Source: Paragordius varius (taxonomy: Eukaryota > Animalia > Nematomorpha). Taken from it: 64,000 nucleotides of DNA. The position numbers were made by a program, and so were the translations under genes. The DNA lies in the NCBI GenBank assembly GCA_964247055.1, contig OZ176053.1:4898001-4962000 (forward strand), read 5' to 3'. Below the pieces are notes generated by a model, which worked only from the letters and a program-made list of their open reading frames with translations, made no database searches and was not told the origin of the DNA. This document shows positions 11,289 through 24,500 of the stretch, piece by piece (position 1 is the stretch's first letter; every line of letters starts with the position of its first letter).

Positions 11289-12488
11289 TATCACATAAAA
11301 ATATCTTTTTTGTTAACAAATTGGATTTGATTAAATATTTCTTTTTTTAATTGATTGAATCTCCTGACAATGAGTTTTGCGGAAATGGAATCAATCATTA
11401 TTTTAACTTCATAAACGACGATATTCACATCATTTGCATACATATTTCGTAAAAATAACTTTAAATTCATCTGCTAAACTTGCTGAAAAAAATATTTCTA
11501 GCATTATAAATCATTGCGAACTAATTCGAGTTCGAATGTATTTTTCAAAATATCAACTAACACTCCATTACCTTTTGGGGTTGTTTTAAAACCCAGAGCG
11601 ATTTCATTTTATCCCTTAAAAAGTATTAATGTAGGCCGGATATACAAATATGATTTCTTTAGCCTTTAACCGTTTAATTTAATATCAGCTGTTCGTTTCA
11701 ATCGTGTTTTGGAGCTGTCCCAATTTTAGACTCTAGAAGTCACAAAACTGTAAAAAGTTAAAAGCTTTTTCATCCAATGCATTACAACAATGTTTGATAA
11801 TTAAATTTTAACTAAAAAAACTTTTAAAACTGTAGTTTATTTACAAAATGGACTCTATATATAAAACTACCCCAAAAGTAGACTAGGACAAAAAAGTGAA
11901 AAGGTAATCAAGTGTCAAATGTGTAATTAAAAATCTACATGCTACCCAATTAAATATTCTTTTACCCAATTAAAATTCCAATATGAACTATAATAATGGT
12001 TCTTGTTACTGTTTTTCAGAAGAAAATAGATTATCAACTCATGGGGTTGAAATGCAAATACAATCTCCAAAAAATACCATTGTTTAAATATATCATCTAC
12101 ATCAGTTTTCATTTCAAAATTCTAGAATATTTTAAAAAATCATTCAAATCGAAAATATTATAGCGTTTTAAAAACCTTTATATTGCTTCGAGGGGTACAA
12201 TTAATTCTATTAATTGTTTATTTTTTAAAAAATTACTTATAATTTCAATGTTTAAATATCTAAATAACTTAAATAACTGGTTCAGTCAAAAATGTTCAAA
12301 AGACTAAATAAGTTGCTATATGGTTGTTTTGGTTAATTGATGCAAATTTCAAAAAGAAGAAACAATTGGAGTGAGCTCAAACAAATATTTGCTTTCGTAC
12401 GATATGTTTATCGTAAACATGCATGGCACTAAAATTGATATATTTAATTTTGTCAAAAAACTTTAATTAAATAGAAAATTATTATATC

Positions 12489-12893
12489 ATGTTAATTAAG
12501 ATATCATTTATTCTGCTCATCATTGTAAATGAGATATATCATTTTAATATTCTGGCAGATTTGGTCCCAGATTTACGAATAAGTAATGATATTGCATTCA
12601 CGAATAACGTCAATAAAACAGGGAATTACGTATTTGTTTTGGATAGTTTTTATCAACAAACCCAGCTAATTAATTATGCCAAAAAACAACACTGCGCTAT
12701 TGCCAATTCCACGCTGAATTTCGCTTATGGCAGTTTACCGAACTTCATTAAATCACAAAATTTGTTTTATAGTAAATTTGAAGATAAAACGCTAAGGCCT
12801 GGTATTCAAGATGCAATAACAGGTAACGAGGTATCCGAATACTGTCACGATAAAAGCGAAAATGAGACAAATCGTGTTGAGTTTCATAGTTGA
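12489..12893 (+). CDS. Secreted protein of an unrecognised family (LVPDL family, paralog 2)
   Basis: 134-codon ATG ORF with a hydrophobic N-terminus, sequons NKT, NST and NET, and clear homology to 1237-1704, including a shared Cys and the I.S.NL.YS...L.P.I.DA block. Confidence 0.85.
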   Translation: MLIKISFILLIIVNEIYHFNILADLVPDLRISNDIAFTNNVNKTGNYVFVLDSFYQQTQLINYAKKQHCAIANSTLNFAYGSLPNFIKSQNLFYSKFEDKTLRPGIQDAITGNEVSEYCHDKSENETNRVEFHS

Positions 12894-13810
12894 TTTATTG
12901 TATGGATGATAAAGTGAAAGATAATAGATTTATGAAAAGGACAAAAATAAATTTTATTTGATTGCTTAGGAGGATGGGGTAAAGCCAAGGTTAAAAGGCT
13001 TAAATTGAAGACGACTAATAAAAAGATGAACACTAATATGGGTAGGGAGAGAGAGAGGGAGAGAGTAAATATTTTTAAATACAAAATGGTTTTAGTCGGC
13101 CGATGATACAATATTTTTACCAACAAACACCGCGAAATTGGGACAAGGGTAAACACAAGCTCGTTACATTTAATAATAGATATAATGTTCGTTTTAGCAA
13201 TTTGATTATTCCAATTACTTTCCCACATATATATTATTTTTGGGGGAGAACTATAGGTAAGGCTAAATTTGATATGGATGTTTGGGGTTAAAATTGTTTT
13301 TTTTTTCAAACATATTTTCCCAAAGTAAATGATGAATAACCGCTTGTAGATACAAGGTCATTTATTCGCACCAGTCATTTAAATATATTATTAAATAGGT
13401 TGGGGTTATATATTTATAAATTTAATGAAATGCGTTGTCATATAAACCAAAAATTGTAATTTATACAATGTACAAACGTGCCAGGCTTACAATATACTAA
13501 ATTATAAAATTAACGAATTTGATATGAGTAACATTATAAATTAACTAAAAAGTATGCTTTATAATGCCGAATCATACCGAACTTCAGAAAATTGTAGTGT
13601 TAAAATGCTGTATATCATTTTTAACCAGAGTTTTGTTATACACCAGGACGAACGATAGATAGAATTTGTTCTTTATACTTTTGCGTCAACCACTAAATAA
13701 ACCCATGAATGCATTCTGACCGTGACTTAATCCCGTTAAAAAATACCATTCAAAAAAATTTGAACTTATGGCTTACGATATTTTAAATATAGAGTAATGG
13801 CATAAATTTA

Positions 13811-14270
13811 ATATACCATTTGCACTTCAAGAGTGTCCTTGAACACTTCAAGTTGGCCCTTCAACATTTTAAGTTGGTCCTTGAATTTAAGTTGGTCCTT
13901 GAACACTTCAAGTTGGTCCTTGATCACTTCGGGTCCTTAAGATTTTTAAATATTGATTTAACCATAATTATTGTATATATTTTTTTTATTTTATTATTTT
14001 TTAACCTAATTTCCTTTATTAAATATATATGTTTCTCATTTAAAATATATTTTTTAATTAGGAAATATCCAAAATAATTTTAAAAAATCAAAAAAAGATA
14101 TACTGTTTTTCAATTATTAATAATTGATATTGATTTGAAATTATGTTAAATAATTGAAAATAGGTCAAAAACGATAAAATAGATGAATGATTTACGATTT
14201 GATTGATAAAAGTTTAAAACAAAACCAACTCGAAGTGTTCAAGGACCAACTTGAAATGCAAATGGTATAT
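13811..14270. mobile_element. MITE with ATATACCATTTGCA TIRs and 21-bp subterminal repeats
   Basis: 21-bp TIRs with 20/21 match. Units GTTGGTCCTTGAACACTTCAA are repeated at the left end and inverted at the right end. Confidence 0.85.
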
Positions 14271-14885
14271 CCCAAATTGACATAAAATATAAGACTGTGT
14301 TTTAATTGGTTGAAATCAAAATTTAATTAGTTAGCATGAATGTTGACATTTATGGTATTAATTGAGTGATTATTAAGTATATCGAGTGTCGGATAAAAAA
14401 ATTACGTATAAGTCGATATGAGATAATGTAAGTTTACATATGTTTATTTATGTGAAAAAATTGTACATATATATAAATTTACAAAGACGGAACGCAAAAA
14501 CTAAAAGACAATTGAAATGACAGTCATACTTTTTTAAACTTACTTTTATGATAACAATTATGTTGTATATGAGGGCGGGCAGCATGTGGCCCTCCGAGAC
14601 TCTTTGTACCGGCCTCTAAAAAGTTGAAAATCCACAATTTGCAAAAATATGTTTATAAAATATTAGTAAAATCAATAATAAGTCTTTTTAATTGGTAACA
14701 AACTAGAAATAATTGTTTGATTGTGTTTACATTTTATATTCGTATGTTTAAAATCTAATAAATTAATTATGAATGCCCATATATATTCTAAATGCGGTTC
14801 TCCATTTTTTTTAGTTCAATATGGCCTGCGAAGCCATTTTGGTGGGACACCCCTGATTTATATAATTGAATTTGTTACCAATTTC

Positions 14886-15145
14886 CAGTGGGGTAACTAG
14901 TGGGGGGAAAGGGGGGCTGATACACCGGGTGCCATAGTTGGAGGGGCGCCGGATTTAAAATTTGTAATTTTGTTTCAAAAAAAAATAGGTGTTTAAAAGT
15001 TATCTTTTAAATAATAAATACAAAATGACCTATTTATGAGTGGTCATGACCATGGTTATAAAAAATACAAGGGGTTGTTTGGAGGGGGAGGGGGCGCTAT
15101 CACGGATTCCCGCACTGGGCGCCAGAAATGTAAGCTACGCATCTG
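14886..15145. mobile_element. hAT MITE
   Basis: Ends CAGTGGGGTAACT...AGCTACGCATCTG; 8-bp TSD CCAATTTC/CCAATTTG (7/8). A Charlie-like MITE abuts it at about 14570-14855. Confidence 0.75.
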
Positions 15146-15761
15146 CCAATTTGCATCTTTATATTTTGCCACCCCAAACGATAAAATACATTTAAGATTA
15201 ACGTTTAAAAAAGTATGGTTGTATGTTTTAAAATAAATTTCCAATAGTTTTAATGTTTTGCCTTTATAATTTTATTTTTTACCATATTTTTATAAAGATA
15301 AGCTAAATAGGATATAAATATAAAAATATCAAGGTGTAAAAATTTGTATACATAAGAGCCTTGTTTTTAAAAAAACCGGCTTCAAAGCGATCATAGAAAT
15401 TAGGGATCGGTCTTTTCTTCAGGTATCATATTTTATGGGTGTTTCAATTTAAAAAATAACTGTGTTAAAGCGGTTTTCGTAAAAATGAATTATGTGGTTA
15501 AGCCTTGAGCAGTGGTAACCTTGGTGGTAAAACCAAGAAACGGCACCTGGCTCTATAAAAATATATATCTTTCACATTCCTGAATCGAAAATTAAACAAT
15601 TTTATTTTTAGCCTATTTATATCCATATTATTATCATTTTTAATACATAATATAGCTCTTCATTTCATCTATTTATACCTACAGTTTTGCTAAAATGTAT
15701 TATACAAAATTAAGTTAAATCCTTTACTCTTAGTTAAATTGTAAATTTATCATATTTGCAA

Positions 15762-16255
15762 ATATACCATTTGAACTTTAAAAGTATCCTAGAACACTCT
15801 GAACACTTTAGGTTGGTCCTTAAACTATTATTTTTTTGAATTTTATCAATTAAACTGTGTATGATTAATCTATTTTATCATATTTAACCTATTCTCTTGA
15901 TTTGACCAAACCTTTATATCAAAATCAACTTTTGAACATTGAGAAACCAGATATCTTTTTTATGTTCTTAAAAAATATATTGATAAAAAGATTTTAACGT
16001 GTAATTAAAAAAAAACAAGTTTTTTGTGTTATTAATTACAATTTTTGTTGAAAACATTTAAAAGTATCTTATTGTTGGATTGAATTTTGAGTAGTCATAT
16101 AATAAATCAAGAAGATTAGGTTACAATAAAACAAATAAACACATGCAAAATTTATCGTTAAATTCAAATTTAAAATTTTAAGGACCAACTTAAAGTGTTC
16201 CAACTTAAATGTTCAAGGATCAACTTGAAGTGTTTAAGGAACTTGAAAATTGTAT
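15762..16255. mobile_element. Second, more decayed copy of the ATATACCATTTG MITE family
   Basis: Left end ATATACCATTTGAAC, with GTTGGTCCTT / AAGGACCAAC subterminal repeats in inverted arrangement. Right TIR eroded. Confidence 0.7.
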
Positions 16256-16968
16256 AATAAAAAAGGTAAAAGCACAAAATCTATTCATTTTTTACATATT
16301 AAAGATTTACTTAAGTTTATTTTTGCATTTTTTACAGTTATTTTCTAATCATCAATGATAATATCGATAAAAGGGCAAAGGCCAAGATTACGAGATAATA
16401 AATTTGAAATAAATTTATAAGTTGTAAAAACATTATAAATGTCACTAGAATATTTATAAAATTAAATCTGAAGATTTTTAACATGATGTAAACGTTTTAA
16501 ATTAAATAGTATAAAAACACTTTTTTACATAACACGGTACGGCCAAAATAAAATAACTCATAGCATTTTTATTTTGATATTCAGTCCCCTTTTTAATTAT
16601 TAAAATAAATTGAATGCAAACTGATAATACTTTTTAAATCTAGCAAAAATTATTTATACCGTTATCAGAAGCAATATGGTATAAACTATATAATAATGCA
16701 AACATATACATTTACGTAAGCAATGGCACAACTTGTATAATAGTTTTTCTTTTTTGTTATATTATTCAAGCATTTCTAAAAATAAATTTTTAAACGCAAA
16801 GAACAAAATTAATATATTTAATTGAGTTTAAAAAGAGTTCAGGCTGCCTTAGAATCCAAGGATTAAATCCCATTTATATTTAACCAAAAAAGTTACATTT
16901 TTATTAAAACAAATATTTATTTGATTTATTTTTATTGCATGGAATAAGTAAAACGCAAAGTCTAACTA

Positions 16969-18912
16969 TCAAAGTTCGGTAGATTTTTTTGGTTGATTAA
17001 CAATTTGGCTTGTACAGGTGGTGGAATCGACTGCGCTAGATGCCACACAACCAAATATATCATTGGCAAATAACATGTTGTTCACGCAATAGCCTTCAAC
17101 AAACACCCCACCAAAACATCTTCGAAACTGTTTACAACCGGTTCCAATTTTAGCTAAATTATGTATAATAGAAAAAAATGAGTTTGTTTTGATTAACCAA
17201 TGATCGTGATAGTAACAATTGTTAAAGTATGCGCTATAGTCTAAATTTTTTGGCTAATCGACATAGTATTACCTATAACTATAAATAATTGCCCGCCCGC
17301 CTTTTTTTAGTAATAACCGCTTTGCAGCAACATGAAAATCCTGATATTATGGATTGTTTGTGATAACTAATTTATTGGCTTACGAAACATTGTAATATGC
17401 CGACAAATTTTAGGCCGAAACTTTCATCTTTAATTATAGTGATGGGACTAAAAAATTACTAAAAAACGGCTAATAATATCATCTTCCTAAAAAATTCAAA
17501 TATAGCCCCATGGAAACCCACATGGCGAACTTCTGACGGACAAAAACAAAGTCGCTTAAGTATGTGAAAAATATCATAGTATGGATCTAATGCAAATAAT
17601 ATACTGACAAACACCAAAATCCCGGCTACCTCCAATTCTTAACGAAGAAATAGAATGGACAAGAATTTCTTATTAACAAAGCGGAATACATAACATACCC
17701 AGGAAACTATTCAGCATATACCTTTCAAAATCAATCTCTATTTAAAAAAATTTCAACCATGAAAGTTTCCAATAAATGACTGGTTAAAATTAATGGTGAT
17801 ACCTATCTATAAAAAAGGTTATCCTAAAAATTTGCAAAAATACCACAATATCACTAATTAATGAAGCCGTAAATGTTTTTAAAAAAATATTCCAGGGCGA
17901 TTGCAATATATGAGCCAGAACTATCTTTCAAAGCGGATTCTGGGGAAAATAGTCGTTAGCAACCTTAGATGGATAACGTTAAAAAATGGGACTAGTAAAT
18001 TAAATTTCATCTTTGTTTTGCAAACTTTTCCAAAGCTTATGACTCTGTGGGAAACAATACATTATACTTTTTAGCTGATGCAGTTTTTTGTCAGGTTTCC
18101 TTCAACCCATATACTTGGCCTTATTAGTAGCCAAGCCCCACGAGCCATACCCTAGTCCGAATGAAGAGCGGTCTGTGGCACTGCATATTATATCCGTTGC
18201 TATTTAGTGTTTGTGTATATAGAAAGCATTTTCCTCACTGTTGATTCAAATGGAGTCCAAACGAATTTTTTTAATAACTAACTTAATCCGCACCAATACA
18301 ATTGTTTATCTTTAAATAAACAAAACTGTTGTAAATACTGGGACCCCTTACGATACACTTTTTAAAACAAAGCACATTATGAGAGAGATCATGCTGATTA
18401 ACATGTATTTTCCTAATTTTTAATCGTAGTAGTTTGTATGTTTATAATCATTTTAAGTTGAGTGGACCTCTCCACAAACTATTCGTGAATGTGTGGGGAC
18501 CTCATTTAAATTAAATCATTTTTATGTTCCAAATAAATCTAAAGAATAATATTTAATTTTATATATTTTTTCTCAAAAAGGATGATGCGCATATCATATA
18601 TTTTCCCATAAATGGAATCATGGGAAGTGGGAGAGTAGGAGTCTACTGAACTACAAAAAGCAAACAAGGGTTTTGCTTTAATCCAAAGGTCATCAATTTA
18701 ATTAAAACATTTGATAAAAAGTAGATGTTAATTTTTGTGTTTAGACCAAGGACACTGAATATTAAAACTAACCTTCTATAAAGTCATCGTATTTATCACA
18801 AACTTTATGGCATATTCCTTGAGTTACACATCTTTGTTGTGTGTTATCAAAAAAGGTATTCTGTGGACAATCAATTATTGAGTTTTGACCCTTTGCTTTG
18901 CAAATTATATAC
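16969..18912 (-). CDS. Tandem chitin-binding type-2 (CBM14) domain gene, 3' exons 18912-18773 and 17153-16969; 5' exon missing or not found
   Basis: The phase-1 donor (GAA G|GTTAGT) joins the phase-1 acceptor (TTTAG|CT) across a 1619-nt intron. This gives a complete 6-Cys second domain CDKYDDFIEAKIGTGCKQFRRCFGGVFVEGYCVNNMLFANDIFGCVASSAVDSTTC, then TGA and AATAAA about 35 nt downstream. Confidence 0.85.
17560..18215 (+). mobile_element. Decayed RTE-type LINE RT fragment inside the CBM14 intron, antisense to the gene
   Basis: Motifs PPILNEEIEW, WLKLMVIPIYKKGYPK, QSGF, LCFANFSKAYDSV and GLWHCILYPLLF, with frameshifts. Confidence 0.75.
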
Positions 18913-19117
18913 CTTTATTTATGTAATGATATAATAAAATTTGTATTTGATTGGGCTAAGTTTGAATATTGAATATATATGATTATATAAACTGTTAATT
19001 AATCATGCATTAATTACTTGGAGTCGGGCATGAAAGAAATAATTAACTATCCTGAATATTATTAAAAAGACCCAATATCAATTATTTCAGCTGAGGAAGA
19101 TATACGTTCATGGTATA
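17826..19117. repeat. Segmental duplication, copy 2 (matches 1-1292)
   Basis: See copy 1. The left boundary cannot be fixed because copy 1 runs off the window. Confidence 0.97.
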
Positions 19118-20769
19118 TTAAAAAGACAAGATTCAAATTGATTTATATCAAAATATTTTAGTATAGTTAAAAAAAATTTTTAAACATATATAATATAATA
19201 ACCCTTTAATCTATGCATTCATATTGAACCAAAATTTGCGAAATATTAATAAATATAACTTAGATCATATCTAAGTTTTATAATTTTTGATCACGTATGC
19301 GAATAAATTGATTTTTTCCGATCCTAACCATATATGGAAAAAGTGGAAAAAAAATTTTTATATTTAAGATGTAGATGTCGCAACGGTTATATTAAGCTAG
19401 GTGTGATATCCTTAGGAAAAGTTCACCCTCAATTTACACACTGTGATACAGGAGAACAATAGTGAAAATCCCTTCAAAACAGTAGTTATTTATAACAAGA
19501 TCTAGCTAGCTCTGGGATATAAAACTAGGGACCCCTTAAGTTTTTACTAATATATTATATATATATTTTATGTTTTAATTTTAGTAAATGATGGCCAAAG
19601 TATTAAATCGAATTCTGAGATTATATAATCGAATTATGTAAAAAAGTGTTTTATTTATGATGCTTTATTCAATTTCCTGCATCCTTCAAACTAACAAGTA
19701 CGCTTCAATTTATGATTTTATTAACACTTCATGACCTTTTCATTTTGCTCGCGATGACATATTTGGGTTTCCAGAGCAATCCTGTAATACTGTTTTTAAA
19801 GTTATTTTGTAAAATTCTGAACATTGTTCTTCTAATTTATAATGAAGCTTATATTTTTTACAGTTTTGTAACTTGTAGAGTCTTAACTCGGAAAACACGA
19901 ATGAGGTAAATAGCGATTTTATCCATAAATATCAAGCTTTTGTTGGTAAAATGCAACCTGAAAGCTTACCAAAGTTATATATATATTTACATTTTCTAAC
20001 ACTAATATATTTATTTGCCTATTATAGCGATTTGAAAACTTCAGGAATAAAAATGGCGGCGAAACAGGTTAAGATGGGTATTTATTAAAATTTTGCATTT
20101 TTTAAAAAATTTTCTTTTATTATACTACAAGGCTTGCATATTTATAAATTTGGGCAATACACTAAATACTTTTCTAGGTTAAATTTCAAATCGCTCTGGA
20201 ATAAAAAATCACAAGTAAATGTCATGAAGAGTTAAAGCAAATAACGTAATATTTTATGTGATCATATATTTAAAAATTGCCATTCTTGCTTTGCTATTTC
20301 AAGGTCATCTCATCTCAACCAGAGTTAAAAATGGGTATTTTTTGAGAAAAAATAATACAAACTTAAATTGAAGCTTACTTCTATCCAGAATTTATAGTTT
20401 TTCATGTATGCATTTTACCATATCTAAATTAGAGTATATCTAAATCTCATTTGCAGATTCTGCTAAAAAACTTATTTTCTAAGTTTCTTTTTTATATTTT
20501 TTTGCTTTTTCTAAATATATATATGGGGCCAGAAAATTTAAAAGCTGCCAATGTTGTTGATAATATCACTTCAATAAAAAAGATGTGCAGTTCATTTATT
20601 TTTAAATAATTATTTTAATTTATGACCTGTCGCTAAACAATAAATATGTTAGATTAATTATAGGGACCAGATTTATTGTAAATTTTTGCCATGGTTGATT
20701 ATTAACACTATTATGTCAATAAAACATCAATTTTCAATATATTATGTAGATTATTTAATTTGATAAAAG

Positions 20770-21560
20770 AATGTATCGAAATTCGCATGGTGCTTTTACT
20801 TTTGGGGCTTACAAGTGCTTTAGAAAAATCATTAAAACTTTTATGGTAACTCATATCAGAAACAAAATCGCGCACTTTTTCGGCATATTTTTTGTGAAAG
20901 CTTAATGCTTTCCAAATAATCTCCTTGTAAAATATACTATATTCAAAGAGTCAACATAATTTTAATTTTTAGATGTGGAATGAAAAAGGGTTAAATTTTT
21001 AGACCCTTGCACAGTGTCTTAAAAAATATCCTCCTGAAATAAATATATTTTGATGGAAAATATATCAAGATTATCATGGTGCTTCGTTGGCCCAATAGAG
21101 TGATTTAAAAAAAGCTATCTACACTTTTGTAGTAAGTGCTTTATATCCGAAAATGGCAAAATTTCCGTGTATATTTTCAAGATTTTGAGATAACCTAATG
21201 TTTTAATTAAACAATATCGCTATTATAATTTACATATTAAAAGCAAAAAATTTTCAAAAAATCTAATTTTTAGATCTAGGCTCTTAAAGCAAATTTTTTG
21301 TTTCGTCAAAAATGGACTATTTCTTAACCCGAAAATGACAAGATCTATAGAAATTATAAATATATGCAAAATTTTGATATCAAGAAAAAATATTAAAATG
21401 CATATTTTTTTCAAAAAAAATAATTTTAAGATGGAAACGATATAAAAACGCTTGGTACGTCTCTAATGTTAGGTATTAAATCAAGTTTTATACAAATACA
21501 AAATTTTAAACGATAATATATAATTCTCAGGTAAAAATGTTAGTATCATTGAATTATATT
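20770..21560 (+). mobile_element. Decayed fragments related to the hAT copy A/B family
   Basis: Shared internal motifs TATCAAGATTATCATGGTGCTT, AAAATGGACTATT and CATGGTGCTTTT. No intact ends. Confidence 0.55.
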
Positions 21561-24500
21561 TTACACTTGACGTTCAAAAAAGTTTTGTTTAAATACGCAT
21601 ACCTTGCTCAAATAAGGAGCAGTTACAACAAAAGGTATTATAACTTTCTTATATCATTCGCTAGGGCCAAAAACAAAAGACCATATTATATAATTTCCTA
21701 TCAGAATATATATCTCATATGGTTATTTTTTTGTGGACATTATTTTATCAAATTTTTTTGTACATGTGTTTTTGGATGGAATGTTATAAACGGGCTAGTT
21801 TACTTGAACAAAATGACAAGATCCCAATAATGCGCGATAATTTTAAATATTTGCTAGACATCAAAAAAAGTGTTTCCCAATAAATCAATTTACCTAAAAT
21901 TTTATCAAAACTTTGGTTAGTTTTATCGTACGGTGTAAAATTTTTTTAGATATTGTAAAAACATATGCTGAATATTTACCTCAGAATTTCATTTTAAATT
22001 TAATTTAAACATAAATTATGTTATTTTATAAAACTTTACCGCCAAAATAAAATAATTTTTGACCAAAATTTTAAGGTGATAAATGTTAAATATTATCAAA
22101 TTATATTTATACCGTTTTTACCATGCTATAAAATCGATGAAATTTGCTTTACCAAAATTTTGCATAAATATAATTTTTGAGAAAAATATGTATTTTTTGG
22201 GTAAAACTTTTTGTCGATCACTATGATTTTTATCGCTCAATACCAGCATTTCTGTGTTTAGTTTACTAATATTCTTTTTCGCTATGATAATTTGGATAAT
22301 TTTTTTCCAGAGCTTTAAGTACTAAACAAATATTGTTTTATATATTTTATCCGATTTCTGCATACACTGTGTTATAAAAATTGTCGCGCAGCCCATTCCG
22401 TGTATTTAAGATATTGCATAATATCTTATCAATGATATTGGATTTTTTTTTATTTAAATCTTATACTAATTTCCTACGTTACGGGTTCCTAATACATATT
22501 TTTATTTTTATATCATTTGTTTACCCTTATATTCGGTTCTTTCAATTTGAGAGGTAATTTTAAATGATTTAATTATTTTTATTATATGCTTATAATTTTT
22601 ATATGACTAGAATCAATCTTATCATAAATAATTACAAAACTTTTTTCTCACTGACCAATTTTTGAAATATACATAAGTGAATAAATATAAACATAAACTT
22701 TTACGTTTTTACTTTAACATATTTTAAATACAGAATCGTTTTGCGTCTGCCTTTGTTTTCAAATACTTCAAAGTGGCATTTAAATAAATATGAACTATGC
22801 CGCCGTTTTACACTCGATTTAAACGATTTAATATTTTTTCCTTTGGATACTTGCGCGTATTTAAGAATCGATAGACTTTACCAAAAATTTTATAGTTACA
22901 GCATTTTTTGCAATCTAACTCTTACTTATAATTGAAATTATATTTTGCCAATCGAATAATTAAAATATAATAATTTTAACCGGTAAATCCATTTATGTTC
23001 CATTATTTAAGAGTTTTTAAATTTTACCTTTTTTATTTTGTTTTACAACTATGTATATGTTTAATAATCTGAGCGGCATAGTGCATAAGGAATATTTGCC
23101 TTCCAGTTTTATCAACCATTAAAAACACGAGGCCCATAAAAATGATAATCATTGGGTCTGAATGATTAAGAGAATCATTTTCAGTCTCTTGGTACAAATT
23201 GGGGTAGTTGACCACCCCAGGCCGGTTTAATATCAAAATTTTAAAAAATATGGAAGAAAGTTGCATTTATAATATTTATATACCAAAAAAATATTCATCA
23301 AAATGACTTGATATTACTCGTTTTATGCATAAGTTTTTAACATAAAATTATAAACGTTAATGTAATTAGCTAAATTTCAGAATAATCCGAATTAAACCAT
23401 TTATTTCTGTCGATGATTTTAAAAAATTAACTTAAGTTTAGCGTTAGAATCCAAAAAACACGATATTTTGCTAAAATGTTGTAAAATAAAAATGGTATCA
23501 AAATAGTTTTATATGAATCCTTTTTCAAAACCAATTTTATTTAGACATTTTGGCTTTTTATATTTTTTAAGATATAAGCATAAATTTGAATTGAAATCGC
23601 CCTTACTTTTTATTAATATCAATTAGCCCCGATCCAATTACCCCAATTATCCCAGTGTTAAAAATGCATTTATATGACCAATGTCAAAAATAATGAGTCA
23701 ATTTTTTAAACAAATAATATGAAACACATAAGAAATTTTACATATATAAAAATTATTTGAAATTTTCGTTAACTAATCTTTTACGTAATGTATTAAAATT
23801 AATTATGACCGTAATGATTGCGTTCATGGGTGTTTACACGGGCTATAATGAGTTTAAAGCCCAACTCTATAAAATTTGACTTAAACAACATACATCAAAA
23901 AATGAGGATTTAATAATTTTTTTCCATGTTTATTACTGAATCAAAATGTATATTTTCTCTAATATCGAAATTAAAGGCTCTTTTTGACATCTATTAGTTT
24001 GTATATATTTTTCAAACTCGAGACTTCAATCAAACTCAACATTAAACTTGATAATTTTATCAACAATAATATAAAGCAGATCAATCACTAATCTTGGAAT
24101 TTTTTTATAGATGTATAATTTTTTAAAATGCATAAATTTTATGTTCGATTCCAAAAAAAGGTACAAACCAAAACTTACATCCCAAGATTTGGAAAACTAA
24201 AAAAAATAATTTTGAACAAAGAATAAGATTTAAAATGCTTAAAATGATAAAAACAGTTATTTATTAAGGCTTGGTTGTAAAAGCGTTGCGTTTTTACAGG
24301 AAATATTGAATTTGGTTGTAAAAGTGTAGAATTTGTATTTAAAAGAAATATTACATATAATATATAGTTTTAATGCCCGTACAATTGAAAAAACGCATTA
24401 TTTGGTAACTGCGGTATTATGCTCATAACGTGTCAAATATGGCTCAAAATTTTTATATCGGTATTAGAATCCAATAAAATTAGTTGTATGGATTTTATTA

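Noticed and set aside
11330-11620. Minus-strand frame GNGVLVDILKNTFELELVRND, reminiscent of a Helentron-type endonuclease
   Set aside because: Too short and too interrupted to support without a profile search.
13820-13940. Short 21-bp direct repeats (ORF-track 13820-14077) that superficially resemble a CRISPR array or repeat protein
   Set aside because: No unique spacers; the units are subterminal repeats of a MITE, mirrored at its other end; the context is eukaryotic.
19369-19462. Plus-strand CRCRNGY...C segment resembling part of an EGF domain
   Set aside because: Isolated, atypical Cys spacing, and no partner exons found.
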